Of a stretch of DNA of 64,000 nt, positions 38,720-50,421 are shown piece after piece (the first letter of the stretch is position 1; every line of letters starts with the position of its first letter). The stretch spans positions 64,568,008-64,632,007 of the forward strand of contig JASCQW010000098.1 in NCBI GenBank assembly GCA_030264375.1, read 5' to 3'. Both the position numbers and the translations under genes were made by a program. This DNA comes from Carcharhinus longimanus. Its lineage: Eukaryota. The notes beneath the pieces are model-generated. The model searched no databases. It had not been told where the DNA came from and saw nothing but the letters and a program-made list of their open reading frames with translations.

Positions 38720-39796
38720 GTATGGCTTCATATCTAATTATGTTGACTCCTGAAACCTAATCACGTTACCTGGACACAGCCTCTCTTACTGTTCGTTTGT
38801 TCCTTTGTGATCTTGTTTTGATCATCCTTTAACAGTGATTTGCAAATGTCTAATTTATGATGAATTTCTAGTTCATGTTAATATTTTACAGGTAATGTTT
38901 AATTCTGGGAAGATTAAAGTCTAGCCATAGAAAATGGGATAAATGCAACTGAAGCAGCTTGGAGTTTATTATGTTAAAGGTTGGGCCATGTTGCCTTAAG
39001 GGACCAATAGCTGGAAAGATAACAGCTGGAAAAATAACAGGTGGACTTAATTAATTGGAGAGTTGGAGATTTGGGCCAGGATTCTCCCAGCCCTCTGTGC
39101 TGCTCAAGATTAGCGAATGGGCCAGGAGACATCAGGTTTGCACCTGATTTCTTGCCTCTTGTTGGGACGTGATGTGATGGCCCTGCCAGGAGAACTGGAC
39201 GACATTGAGGCCCCTCTGGGAGGTCAGGGCAAGGGGGGTGCTGCTTGGGCAATGCATGGCAGTGGTAGCCTGACATTGGCACTGTTCACTGGCATCCTGG
39301 TACTGCCCATCAGCCATTGGGCAGAGCCGAGGGGGTGGTGCCAGGTGAGGGGCAGGATCAGACCGGGACAGGCCAGTTAGTGTTGGGGGGACTGCTGTGC
39401 ACTCTGCAGATCTGCGATCAGTGGGGGAGTGAGAAGGTGCCTACTGACACTCTGTAGATCTGTCATTGGTGAGAGGAGGGAAAGGGATAGCAGAGTCAAT
39501 TGGTCTGGAGGTGCTATTCTCAGGGGTCAATTGGTCCAGGCGGGGAATAGTCCATGGAGGTTAATTTGCCTGGCTGGGGGATGGGGTCATGATAGGCCGA
39601 GGCCCATGCATTAGCTGGGGGGGACCTGCTTTAGGCCATGGAGACTGGCTGAGAACAGCAGGAGGTGAGTGACAGGTGACTTTGTTCTCACAGCAGAGAG
39701 ACCTGTGCACATACAGTTGCTGCTCTCAGCCTGTATTTGGGTGATTTAAGTCTTTCCCCCTCTCCTACAGGCAATGTTTTTGCTGGCTTTTCATGC

Positions 39797-40235
39797 GTTG
39801 AGGAGAGGTTGGAGAAACTTGGTTTGTTCTCACTGGAGAAACGGAGGGTGGGGGGAAACCTGATAGAACTGTACAAGATCATGAGAGGCGTGGACAGAGT
39901 GGATAGTCAGAAGCTTTTCCCCAGGATGGAAGAGTCAATTACCAGGGGGCATAGGTTTAAGGTGTGAGGGGCAAGGTTTACAGGAGATGTACGAGGCAAA
40001 TTTTTTACACAGAGTATTGGGTGCCTGGAACTTGTGGCTAGAGGAGGTAGTGGAAGCGGATACAGTAGTGACTTTTAAGGGGTGTCCTGACAAGTACATG
40101 AATAGAATGGGAATAGAGAGATGTGGTCCCTGGAAGAGTAGGGTATTTTAGTTAAGTTGGGCAGCATGGTCTGTGCAGGCTTGGAGGGTCAAAGAACTTT
40201 ATCCTTTGCTGTAATTTTCTTTGTTCTTGGTTCTT
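39797..40235 (+). mobile_element. CR1 LINE 3' end
   Basis: EERLEKLGLFSLEKRRVGGNLIELYKIMRGVDRVD...TRGHRFKV; TTCTTTG tail. Confidence 0.9.
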
Positions 40236-40329
40236 TGATTGCATAAGACTGCAGATTTGCACTCACCCAAAAAAAGGATCAGAAACTCTTCTGTTTTCAC
40301 GCTCATCCTAGACTTAGAATATTTTTTAT

Positions 40330-41205
40330 AAGATTGTGTTGTTTTTCTTCCAGTTTGTGTTGGGCATCATTGGATTATTGCTGCAGGCCTGGGATGGACA
40401 TGTGGGCATGGGATTAAGGTGCTGAATTGAAAAGGCAGGCAATTGGACGGCTGGGGTGATGCTTGCAGACGGAGCAAAGGTGTTCCACAAAATGGTCACC
40501 TAGCCTGCGTTCAGTTACCCTGATGCAGAGGAGACCACAGTAGACTAAGGTGAAAGAGGTTCAGGTGAAATGCCTCTTCATCTGGATCCTTTGATAGTGA
40601 GGAGGGAGAAGGGAAAGGGGCAGGTGTTGCACCTTCTGCGAATGCAGAGGAACATGTTGTGGGAAGGGGATGAGGATCTGGGGCAATGGAGGAGTGAACC
40701 AGGGTTGAATGGCGGAATTGATCCGTACGGAATTTTGATAGGAGGGTGATTGGAAGATGTGTTTAATGGTGGTATCATGCTAGAATTGGCAGAGAAGGCG
40801 GACAGTGATCCTTTGAATATGGAGGCTGGAAAAGTGAGGATTAGAAGCTCCCTGTCTTGGTTCTGGAAGGGAGGGAAATGGGTAAGGGCAGTGGCATGGG
40901 AGATGGGTTGGACATGATTGAGTGCCCCGTCAACTACAGTGGGGGGGAGAATCCTCAGTTGAGGAAAAAGGCAAACATGTCAGAAGTGCTATGGAAGGGA
41001 AATGTCAAAGATAGACCATGTTAAGATGAGAGAGGGGTGGAAATTGGAAACAATATTGATAAATTTTTCTACGTCCAGATGGGGTTATGAATTGGTACCA
41101 GTCATTGATTTAATGAATGAAGAGTTTTGTGGATGAGCCTGATTAAGATTGGAACAAGGAATGTTCTGCATACCCCACCAAATGGCAGGCATAACTGGGG
41201 CCCCG
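40330..41205 (-). mobile_element. Penelope-like element relic (RT and GIY-YIG endonuclease)
   Basis: Minus strand GPSYACHLVGYAEHSLFQS (RT), RRRCNTCPF, CGLLCIRVTERRLGDHFVEHLCSV...PIACLFNS (GIY-YIG region). Confidence 0.8.
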
Positions 41206-41491
41206 GTATCTATAGACATTGAGAGTGTTGGGTTTTAGTGCAAGTTTAAAAAAATAGTTAATTGAAGATCTCAGTAACATAGGCAGGCTTTATCATAATT
41301 ACTATACATAAAAAGTATTGTGTGGGCAACAATTGAGAGAACTTGTATTTCCCAACACTTGTTTACTGCAATATACCTGTGACCACAATTTCTTCAAATG
41401 TGCAGAAAATATTGCCAATTTTATTTTGCAAATTAACATTTCCTTCTAATTAATTTTGAAAAATTACTGTATTGATTTATGGTTTTTCCAG

Positions 41492-41604
41492 GGATTAACA
41501 GTGTGGACTTTGATGAAAATTTCCAACACATCATTGCAATGAAGTCTCTGGATGGTGAAATTGTGCCTTTGAAAAGCAAGATTTGTGTCACAGATGATGT
41601 TGAG
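41492..41604 (+). CDS. DYNC2H1: DYNC2H1 exon (113 nt)
   Basis: ttccag|GG...GAG|gtgata; INSVDFDENFQHIIAMKSLDGEIVPL. Confidence 0.93.
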
Positions 41605-41663
41605 GTGATAACATTTTACTATATGAAGAATAATGTAAAATGTAATTCTGTTGTGTTGACCAG

Positions 41664-41783
41664 GTTTGGCTGAATAATTTGGCTGAAGTAATGAAAGAAA
41701 CTCTGAAACATTTGTTGGTTGAATGCATTGCGGCTTGGAAACAATCACAAGGTGCCATTGATCCGTTACATTTTCCATCACAG
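41664..41783 (+). CDS. DYNC2H1: DYNC2H1 exon (120 nt)
   Basis: gaccag|GTT...CAG|gtactc; VWLNNLAEVMKETLKHLLVEC...IDPLHFPSQ. Confidence 0.92.
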
Positions 41784-42344
41784 GTACTCCATGTGTTTAT
41801 TTATTAACGTCCTGGTCTGCCTGTATCTTGAAATCTTTCCACAGTCAGAAAAGAATCATAAATTGATAACAAAAATAAAAAATGATGTTTCAACAATTTC
41901 AGAAAAAAATACTATTTTGCAATCTTATTATAAAACTTGTTGTATTGAAAATTTGTGATATATGTTGAATGTAGTTTTGTCTATACTCTAGCAGATAATT
42001 TCTCAATAAATAAAATATCCATTATCAGTCACTTAATAGCAACATCTGTATACATAAATGACACTAAGCTTAACATCAGTTGGCTTCAGCACTGCCAATT
42101 GCTGTTAGCACAGTAAACAAATCTAAAACTGATTTTGGGACGCAACATCATTTATAAAAATGAGAATTTTGTTGTCATGATCTGATACAGTCCAAGCATA
42201 TTGATTAGATTCCAACTTCATAATTTTCCTCTCGATATGATTTGGGCTTTTACCCAAAAATTTTAACACATGATAATTGTTTCCAGAAATGGAGTGAGTC
42301 AATTATTCATTATTTTACAACTGAATGACCAGAAATTACATGAT

Positions 42345-43297
42345 GGGGCAATTCTCTGACTTTGCCACACCTGGCTCGGATTGCGCTGATTGTGGAGGAT
42401 AGCATGTGGGCCTAAAAATTAGTTTTGCGCCCGATGTCAAACTGCTTGTGATCCTCATGGCCCCTTTCTAATGGCGCAAACTGTTTTATGCCCAGAAAGG
42501 CGTAATGCTGATTAGCATTTAAAGTAGCATTCACTATGCATAACCCATTTGACTCCCAGTGCACGGGATTCTCTGGCCTGCAGGCATAGCATGAGAGTAT
42601 CGAGAATCACCTCTGATCTGCACCGGCGGAGACCTGATGCATTGATCATACGGGGCAGTGTTGGAGGCCATTAAAGGTGGTCAGGGACATGGCTGGGCAG
42701 TGCGCAACTGATTAGGAACTATGACGGGGGAGGTTGGGGGAGAGCTATGCAGGAGGAGCTCATGCAGGGTTGGATCCTGTTTGAGTTCATGATGGAGAGT
42801 ATGTCAGGGGTCATGATGGGAAGGATGGGGGTCATGATGGGGTGGACCCATCAGGAGGGCCCTAATGCATTGATGCCAGTGATCTGTTTTGAGAAGGAGG
42901 TGAGGGAACATGATGCCAATGAGGGGGTGGGTCCCAGTGTCTGTGGGTGGAGGGAGGTGTCTACCAGTACACTGAGTTCAACGCCCTTGTGAAACATTGC
43001 CCAACAACTCTAAAGCCGGGCTCACTGGCATGTTTAGGCCCATCCTCCCATTACCAGCATGATTGTAACAGGAATGAATCTTTTCCTACAGCTAATGTGC
43101 TTACCAGTGACAATGGCATTAAAATGACCTTCCTGGGGTCCAGCGGCATATTTCATGTTGCTCTGCTGGTGAGCGGACAGGCAGATTGGAACTTGGAAAC
43201 ACGCCAGCGTGAATTGCACTTTCCAAGTCTCTCTGGATTTTGAGTGCACACTCTGCCATTCACATAGGCAGAGAGTGCAGGCTCAAAATCATTCCCC
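42345..43297. mobile_element. Non-autonomous TIR element (Harbinger-like)
   Basis: Termini GGGGCAATTCTC / AAAATCATTCCCC, GC-rich interior. Confidence 0.5.
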
Positions 43298-43685
43298 AGA
43301 TATCACACACAAGTCACCTACAAGATTTTTAAGGGAAAAGCAAAATTTCAGTCCAGCTAATGTACTGTCTGCATATGGGTGAGATGATTATTCCTGTCTA
43401 TCACTTTTAAATGTCTATTTAGACTCTGCTGGGGCCGCACTGATGATATTGAATATTACTGCAAAAAATCTGTTTAATATAACAATATATATGACTCCAA
43501 AGATCTCTAAATAAAGAGATGTTGGTTGGCTAAATTTCAAGGATACAAAATTGGATCCTATGCATTGAGTCACAGGTATTGATTTACACTTCATGGAGGC
43601 CTTGTATGTATTAATGCTTTTGCCAAAAAGAACTACATAAGCACCAAAGTGAAGCTTTTGCTTCCTGGCTGACCAACAGTTGGAT

Positions 43686-43970
43686 GGCATAATAGCACAG
43701 TGGTTAACGTTGCTGCCTCACAGTGCCAGGGTCCTGGGTTTGATTCGTGGCTTGGGTCACTGTCTGTGTGGAGTTCGCACATTCTCCTTGTGTATATGTG
43801 GGTTTCCTATGGGAGCTCTTGTTTCCTCCCACGTCCAGGTTAGGTGAATTGGCCATGCTAAATTCTCCCTCAGTGTACTCGAATAGGCGCTGGAGTGTGG
43901 CGACCAGGGGATTTTTACAGTAACTTCATTGAAGTATAAATGTAAGACTATTTGTGACTAATAAATAAAC
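43686..43970 (+). mobile_element. V-SINE with alternative tail (type B)
   Basis: Same head and V-domain as 7373-7709 but tail GGGATTTTTACAGTAACTTCATTG...TTGTGACTAATAAATAAAC. Confidence 0.88.
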
Positions 43971-44169
43971 ATTATTTTAACTTTAGATTCAAGAACCTAA
44001 CTTTGTTCTTGCTAAGAGTTGTGTTTTAAATTTCATCTTGTAGTTTTGTAAAGAAAGATTGCTTCCATCAACTCAAATTGGTTTTAAAACAGTTTTAATT
44101 GGTATATTTAAATTAATGCCTTTTAGAAGGAAAAAAATCAATTCTTGCTGAAGTAACACTCTTCTTTTA

Positions 44170-44235
44170 TCACATATATATATTTGAAACTTATATATAT
44201 AATATATATAATATATAATACATATATATATATTT
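44170..44235. repeat. Imperfect (AT)n microsatellite
   Basis: atatatatat...tatatatataatatatataatatataata. Confidence 0.8.
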
Positions 44236-44385
44236 GAAGTTTAAATGTGAGTAATTTTACTTTCAAATTATAAGCCTAATTATATTTTCTGGTTAGGAAT
44301 GTATCAATTCTGGATGTTTTGTTTAGGTTCCTTATTTTTCTAACTTTTTGCACTTACAAATGTTCAATTATTTCTCTGTTCTCAG

Positions 44386-44536
44386 ATCCTTTGTTTAGCT
44401 GAACAGATTCAGTTTACTCAAGAAGTTGAAAATGCCATAAGAAAACACAGTTTGCAACAGCTAGATGTAGAACTGATGGCAAAATTGGAAAACTACACAA
44501 GTATAGACTCTTATATGGAGGAAACAGGAAATGCTG
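44386..44536 (+). CDS. DYNC2H1: DYNC2H1 exon (151 nt)
   Basis: tctcag|ATC...G|gtaaga; ILCLAEQIQFTQEVENAIRKHSLQQL. Confidence 0.94.
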
Positions 44537-44741
44537 GTAAGAAGCTACTGAGTGCTTGGACATAAGTCGCACCTACAGTTAGTCACCATTTTTCTTTACA
44601 ACTGCAAATATAACAACTTATTCAGGTTTTTGACCATTACTTTATCATTGTCAGTAATTCTAATTTAATGTAAAACCTATTGCAGTTCACATTCTGTTTT
44701 ATGTCACTAAAATTTATGCTTACTTGTTAGTAATTCATTCC

Positions 44742-47180
44742 TCATTTGCAAGCAGTAAAGGCCCTTGGGGAAGGCGGTGGAGGGGCGGGGGGTGTGTTGG
44801 TGGGGGTTGGAGCTCTGGTCGTCACGCCTCCCAGTAGAATCTTGCTGTGTTGAGGGCCTTGCTCACCGTCCTGCCCTCTCGGATCCTTGCCGCTGTCTGT
44901 CCACCATCCTCCAGTTCCTCCTCGGCATAGCCTTCCACTTTCTCGCAGTCTTTTCCTCTTTTCCAGGGGCACCTGCCTGGTTGCCTTTATCCTCCTCCAG
45001 TATGTCTCCTCACTGCTGTGTCAGGCTGTGGAGCGTACAGCAGACCACGATGATGCGGGAGACCTTCAGGACATTGTACTGCCAAATGCTGTCAGAGCAG
45101 TTCAGGCAGTGGAACTGCATCTTCAGCAGCCCGATACGCCATTTGACGAAATAGCAGCGTGGGTTTCATCGTAGCGGGTCTCTGCCTCAGTCCCAGGTCT
45201 CCGCACTGATGCCATCAGCCATGACTGCAGCATGTCACTCATGAGCCATCCCTGCAGCCTAGAGTGTTCCTAAAGAGCCTAGGCATGTCTGCGTTGCGCA
45301 AGATGTAGGTGTCGTGCATGCACCCTGGGTGCCGTGCACACACCTGCATGATATTCAGCTGGTGGTCACAAACTATTTGCATGTTATGGGAGTGGAGCAG
45401 CTTCCTGATAATGAAGGGCACTCCTTGATTGTACGGGGTCCGCAGAGCAATGTGCGTGCCATCCATAGCCTCCTGCACATGGAGCATCCTGGTGGCAGCA
45501 AGGCGTGCAGCCCAGGCCTCCTGTTGTGCCTGGCCCATGTCAACGTGGATGTAGTTGTCTACCTGGGCTTACAGAGTATCTGTGACCTCATGGATGCACT
45601 TCGTGTAGAGGACTTTAAAATAGAATAATAGAATCATGAATCCCTACAGTGCAGAAGGAGGCCATTTGGCCCATCGAGTCAGCACTGACAGCAATCCCAC
45701 CTACATCCTATCCCTGTAACCTCACAAATTTACCTCACTAATCCCTCCAACCTACGCATCCCAGGACACCAGGGGGTAAGTTAGCATGGCCAGTGCACCT
45801 AATCTGCACATCTTTGGACTATGGGAGGAATCCAGAATACTCGGAGGAAATCCACGCGTACATGGGGAGAACATGCAAACTCCACACATACAGTGACTCA
45901 AGCTGGGAACTGAATCCAGGTCCTTGGAGCTGTGAGGCATCAGTGCTAACCACTGTGCCACTGTGCCAATCTATGCTGCAGAGATTTCCTCTTGAGGCCA
46001 GGCAGGACCCGGTGGCATTGAAATTGGGGACTACTGTGACCTTCATTGCCAAAGAGAGCGGGCGTCTTCCTGCGGTACCAGGTCCATGAGCACCTGGCAC
46101 AGGTGCTGCACTGTCTCCTTGCTGAGATGCAATCTGCAGTGGCACATGGCATCTGGCAGTTCATCAAAGCATGTGTGGGTCTTATAAACCCTTGATCTTC
46201 ATCTCCAATGTCCTCTGGCCTCTTCCTTGGGCCAATGGGCAGCCAGGTACTGCTTAGGCATGACCTTCCCATTATTGCTTGGGTGGTCGAGGGCAGAGAC
46301 AGAGACAGTCCATAAGGTTCTGAATCCTGGAACCTTCACTCCCTCCCAGCAACCCATGTCCCCATGAGTCTGGACGCTGGCTATCCAACACCATCCCCAG
46401 TGCCATGCACCATCTCAGTGGGCTGCCGATAAGGGTGGCTGTGAGGAGGACCCCATTGGGAACACTTGAAGCACGGACTTGAGTGCCCCTACCTAGATGT
46501 CTGGTGCAGTGGCTTCCAGAAATGGGCTGCAGTTCACGCCAACCATGGTGAAGCATACTTATGACTTTCTCATGATAGTGGCCATTGTAGGCAGCACTGC
46601 AGAATCCATCCATCCATCAGACTAGCCAACAGATGGCAGGGTAACCAGACTGAATTTAGTGGGGTTGGGACCCGACTGCATATTGATCCCCTCTGGGGTT
46701 GTCCAACTGCTAGGGCGAATGCATGCAACACAAGCCCTAAGCCAGTGGTAACTGCTGACCTGAGGGCCCCAGACTGGCACTGGCATCATTCCCCCCCCTC
46801 CTTCCACTGCCAAACTCCTGTGCCCATGCAAGCAGCTGAGAACCCCTGTCCCCACACACGCCGGAGGTTGGTGCACAGTAGTGCTTAGCTCCTCGCTGTC
46901 CTTCGCTATTGCTGTGCCTGCACCACACTTTTATAGAGCAATAGTGATTTGCGCTGATGTGATGTTACCCTGAGAGGTGGATAGCATTTGGAAGTGGGGA
47001 CGATTGCGTGCTGAACTTCCTGATGATAACGAAATCCAGTCAAATTCACACCAATAACAAGGAGCGAGGAAGATAGCAAACCATTTCGTGCTGGGTGCAA
47101 ATTGGATTTTTAAATTGGACATTATTTTCCCAGTCGGCCGCACTGAATGCTGGGCTTGGTGGGGTGGTAAAACCCTGCCC
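44742..47180 (-). mobile_element. PIF/Harbinger transposon relic 2, with 5' TIR, interrupted by a SINE
   Basis: Minus ORF 45239-45538 MDGTHIALRTP...HSHNMQIVCDHQLNIMQVCARHPGCMHDTYILR (DDE_Tnp_4 motifs DGTH, PG..HD); KVTVVPNFNATGS HTH region; TIR GGGCAGGGTTTTAC at 47167-47180. Confidence 0.88.
45618..45968 (-). mobile_element. HE1-like V-SINE inserted into the Harbinger transposase
   Basis: Full head, V-domain and CR1-type tail (TAGAA repeats); transposase sequence resumes on both sides. Confidence 0.9.
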
Positions 47181-47351
47181 ATTAAGTTTATGGAAGTGGG
47201 AGAATGCAGTAGTCAAGTCTATCAATAAGAAATGCCTGGATTAGGCTTTCAACAGCAGATGAACTGAGGTGAGTTGAGGTGGGGCAGAGTTCGATGATAA
47301 TATGGAGGTGGAAGTGGGCAATGAAGTGGAAATACGGTTAAACATTGAACT

Positions 47352-47387
47352 TCACCTGATGAAGGAGCATGCTGTGAAAGCTTGTGA
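47352..47387 (+). ncRNA. Degenerate minimal type I hammerhead ribozyme motif (sense to DYNC2H1)
   Basis: UCAC-CUGAUGA-A-GGAGC(AU)GCUGU-GAA-AGCU-U-GUGA: intact core and stem I, weakened stem II. Confidence 0.6.
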
Positions 47388-47727
47388 GTTTAAATAAATC
47401 TTTTGGGCTATAACATGGTGTCATGTGACCTCTCATCTCGTCCACTGCAATCCAACACTGGCATCTCCACATCATTAAATTTTAGAGTAACCGTAAATTA
47501 GGAGGGAGATATTGTGTGTGCAGTGGTTTAACCTAATGTACTCATCACAAATAGAATTCTGGAAGTTTACGAGGCAAAAAACTTTTTGGCTCATTGCTGC
47601 CATTTTATCTCTTTGCCTGGACACTTGAGAACAAATCCTGTGCTTGTTTGGTCAGATTTTTAAATTTTAATGCCTGGTGAATATTTTTATCTGAAACTTT
47701 TTTTTGCATGTTTGTGTGTGTTTTCAG

Positions 47728-47933
47728 AAACGACTGTTCTGGAGTTGAAACTCAAAGCTCTAATTCTTGACATCATTCACAACATAGAAGTGGTTAAGCA
47801 ATTGAACCAAGCGCAAATTAACAACACTTCAGACTGGGCTTGGAAGAAACAACTTCGGTTCTACATGAAACCAGATAATAACTGTTACATTCAGATGGTG
47901 GATGCAGAGTTCCAGTATACATATGAATACCAG
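47728..47933 (+). CDS. DYNC2H1: DYNC2H1 exon (206 nt)
   Basis: tttcag|AA...CAG|gtgctg; VLELKLKALILDIIHNIEVV...WAWKKQLRFY...FQYTYEYQ. Confidence 0.95.
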
Positions 47934-48218
47934 GTGCTGCCTTATCATGCTACAACTGACAATGTTCATAGTGGATCTATTCAAGTTACTCTCATTAGGA
48001 CTTTTTTAAAATAGACATTTTATCTATAAGGAAAACATAAACAATACAGAATATATTTTGCAAACTTCCACACAAAAATAAGGTTATTGTATGCAGTTAG
48101 CACATATAAGATAGCCAGAGGCACACATACTATTTAAAATTTTCTGATATGCACTAAACACGTAAAAAGTTATTGAAGATGTGGCTCTCAGAAAATGTAC
48201 TCTCGTGTGCCAAGGCTA

Positions 48219-48770
48219 CTGGGGAGAACTTTCAGTTTTTTTTGATGGTCAAGTCAGGTGGGGAAAGCAATGTGCAGCCCATAAGCTCAAAGTGGTTTTT
48301 CTCACCATATCTTTTGACACTTGGTCCAAAATAAATCCTGGATGTGGGTTCCACGATGCCGTGCTGGTGGAGTGGGTTCATCCTGCCATTTTGGCCTTTT
48401 AGAGATTAGGTGCCAATTTTAAAGGCCACCCTGGACTAAGCATAACAAAAATAAGGAAAAGATTGCTCCCTATGGACATAGGAATGTACCCCTATGCAAA
48501 TGCCCCTGCCCCCTCCCCCTCCTGGAATCTTCCCCCATACCACGGACACAGGGAACCCCCACTACAATCCTGATGAACAAGGAGGAACCACACCCCATGC
48601 CCTTCACCTCCACGCATATGGGGGAAACTTCCCCCCACTCCCATGGATCTTCCCAATGGAATCCTACCCTGGCACTGCCCCAGATGCTAGGATATGCTCA
48701 GGATTCCTCCTCAATTTTCCACCCCAGCCGCTATTCCCAGCTGCTGTAACGGGGTGGAAAATCCCAGCCA
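48219..48770. mobile_element. Non-autonomous TIR element (Harbinger-like)
   Basis: Termini GGGGAGAACTTTC / GAAAATCCCAGCC. Confidence 0.5.
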
Positions 48771-49399
48771 CAATCTTGTTACCCTATAAAAAAACTAGGT
48801 TGTAATATGATTGCATGAGGAAAAAATGAAACTATGCCCCAACTGTGTTCAGACTGGAATTACATAACTATCTCCATAGTTCATTGCTGATGAGTCAGCA
48901 ATCCATTATCTTCTTTGAAAGACAATCATCATTGGTTCTTGTAGTTAATAAATACATTCACTAAACCTCGTTAAGGTTACAAAGACCTCATTAAGACCTA
49001 CCAGATGTATCTAACACCCTACAACAGATCCCTTCCCCCTTAAGCGTTTGAACCATTTGCCAAATCTATATTTACTCTTTTTGCCAGGAAATCTATCTGA
49101 GTCCGGGTGGAGGCCATCTCATTGGAGGAACACCTGTCCCAGAACTTGTGCCAGTATCCCATGAAAAGGAAACTTCCTGCTCATTCCAACACCAGCCCTT
49201 TAGCCACATGCTAATTATCCTAAACTGTCTGCTCCTATGCTAATTGGCATGTAGTTCAGGCAATAATCCTTAATAATAGTAATAGCAAAAAGGATTATCC
49301 TATAGTTAAAAGAAAGGAACCTGTTATGAATAAACTGTGATGATGAGAGTATTTGTAATATGTTTGCTAATAATATGGCTTTTTGAATTCCTATACTAG

Positions 49400-49582
49400 G
49401 GTAATGCTCCAAAATTGGTTCATACTCCTCTAACAGACAAGTGCTACCTGACTCTCACTCAAGCCATGAAAATGGGGCTTGGAGGAAACCCATACGGACC
49501 AGCTGGTACTGGCAAGACAGAGTCTGTGAAAGCACTGGGTGGCTTATTTGGTAGACAGGTCCTTGTTTTTAACTGCGATGAG
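49400..49582 (+). CDS. DYNC2H1: DYNC2H1 exon (183 nt), AAA1 Walker A
   Basis: tactag|GGT...GAG|gtaatt; [47 protein letters not shown]...VFNCDE (P-loop at 49496-49519). Confidence 0.97.
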
Positions 49583-49764
49583 GTAATTATTTAGAAGCTT
49601 TTTAAAATTTTGTTCCGTTTGTACAATGCATTAGGTACAAGTATTGTAAAATGTTGATAGCAGGTATAATGCATTGCTGGTTTGAAGTTGACCATAGCAG
49701 CTTGTGTAATTAAATATTTTAACAAGAATGTGAAAATAATTTAAAATAACAGCATCATGCTACA

Positions 49765-50421
49765 TGGGCTAGGATTTTTCCCAGCATAGTGTGTGACTTG
49801 GCATCAGGATAGCATGCAGGTTGCCAGGGAACTGTGACAGCAATTTTTCTTGCGATGGGCAGTTAATTGGCCGTCTGGATTCACTGTCCAATTAAGGATG
49901 GCCAGCTGGCACTCTATGTTGTCAGCTCAACCAGAGCAATTCTCCAGCCTCAGCAACATCGAGTGAGGTGGATACTAGGAGATAAAAAACTGTTCTTGTG
50001 CCAGGGCCGGAAGGCTGGCTACAGCAGTTGGATGGGTAACCCCTCCCCATTGGCTGTGTCAGGATTGTGGGACAGCCTTTGCAACTAGGAGATCCCCCCA
50101 TGGACATTGGGAGCTTCAGGTTGTGATGGTCACCCCCTGCTCTCCTGGGAAGCAGCTGGGAGACACCCCAAGTGGTCGAAGCTTCATCACTGCCAGAAAA
50201 GTACCAGTGGCTTGGGAAGATAGCCTTCCATTCGGTCTATTAATTACTTTAATTGGTTTCCCCTCTTTGAACAGTAGGTGGTGCCAGCCACTGCCTTTCC
50301 AGCTGCTGGTAAAATGGCCTCATGGCAGAACTTCATCCAGGAACCATCCTAATGTGGCTCCCTAACATTTTACTGGCCTTCTGCATCCTAACCCATCAAA
50401 AATAGCAGGTGAAATCCTCCC
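49765..50421. mobile_element. Non-autonomous TIR element (Harbinger-like); similar element at about 55930-56545
   Basis: Termini GGGCTAGGATTTT / GAAATCCTCCC. Confidence 0.5.

Noticed and set aside
43686-43760. tRNA gene (A and B boxes)
   Set aside because: tRNA-derived SINE head continuing into the V-domain; no cloverleaf end.
45239-45538. Functional nested HARBI1 gene
   Set aside because: Interrupted by a SINE, frameshifts and stops; retains a TIR, so it is a dead transposon.
48883-48902. CTGATGA within ATTGCTGA-TGAG-TCAGCAAT (also CTGATGA near 25226, 35790, 53095, 63497) as hammerheads
   Set aside because: No correctly spaced stem II, GAAA and UH; the first is just an 8-bp hairpin.
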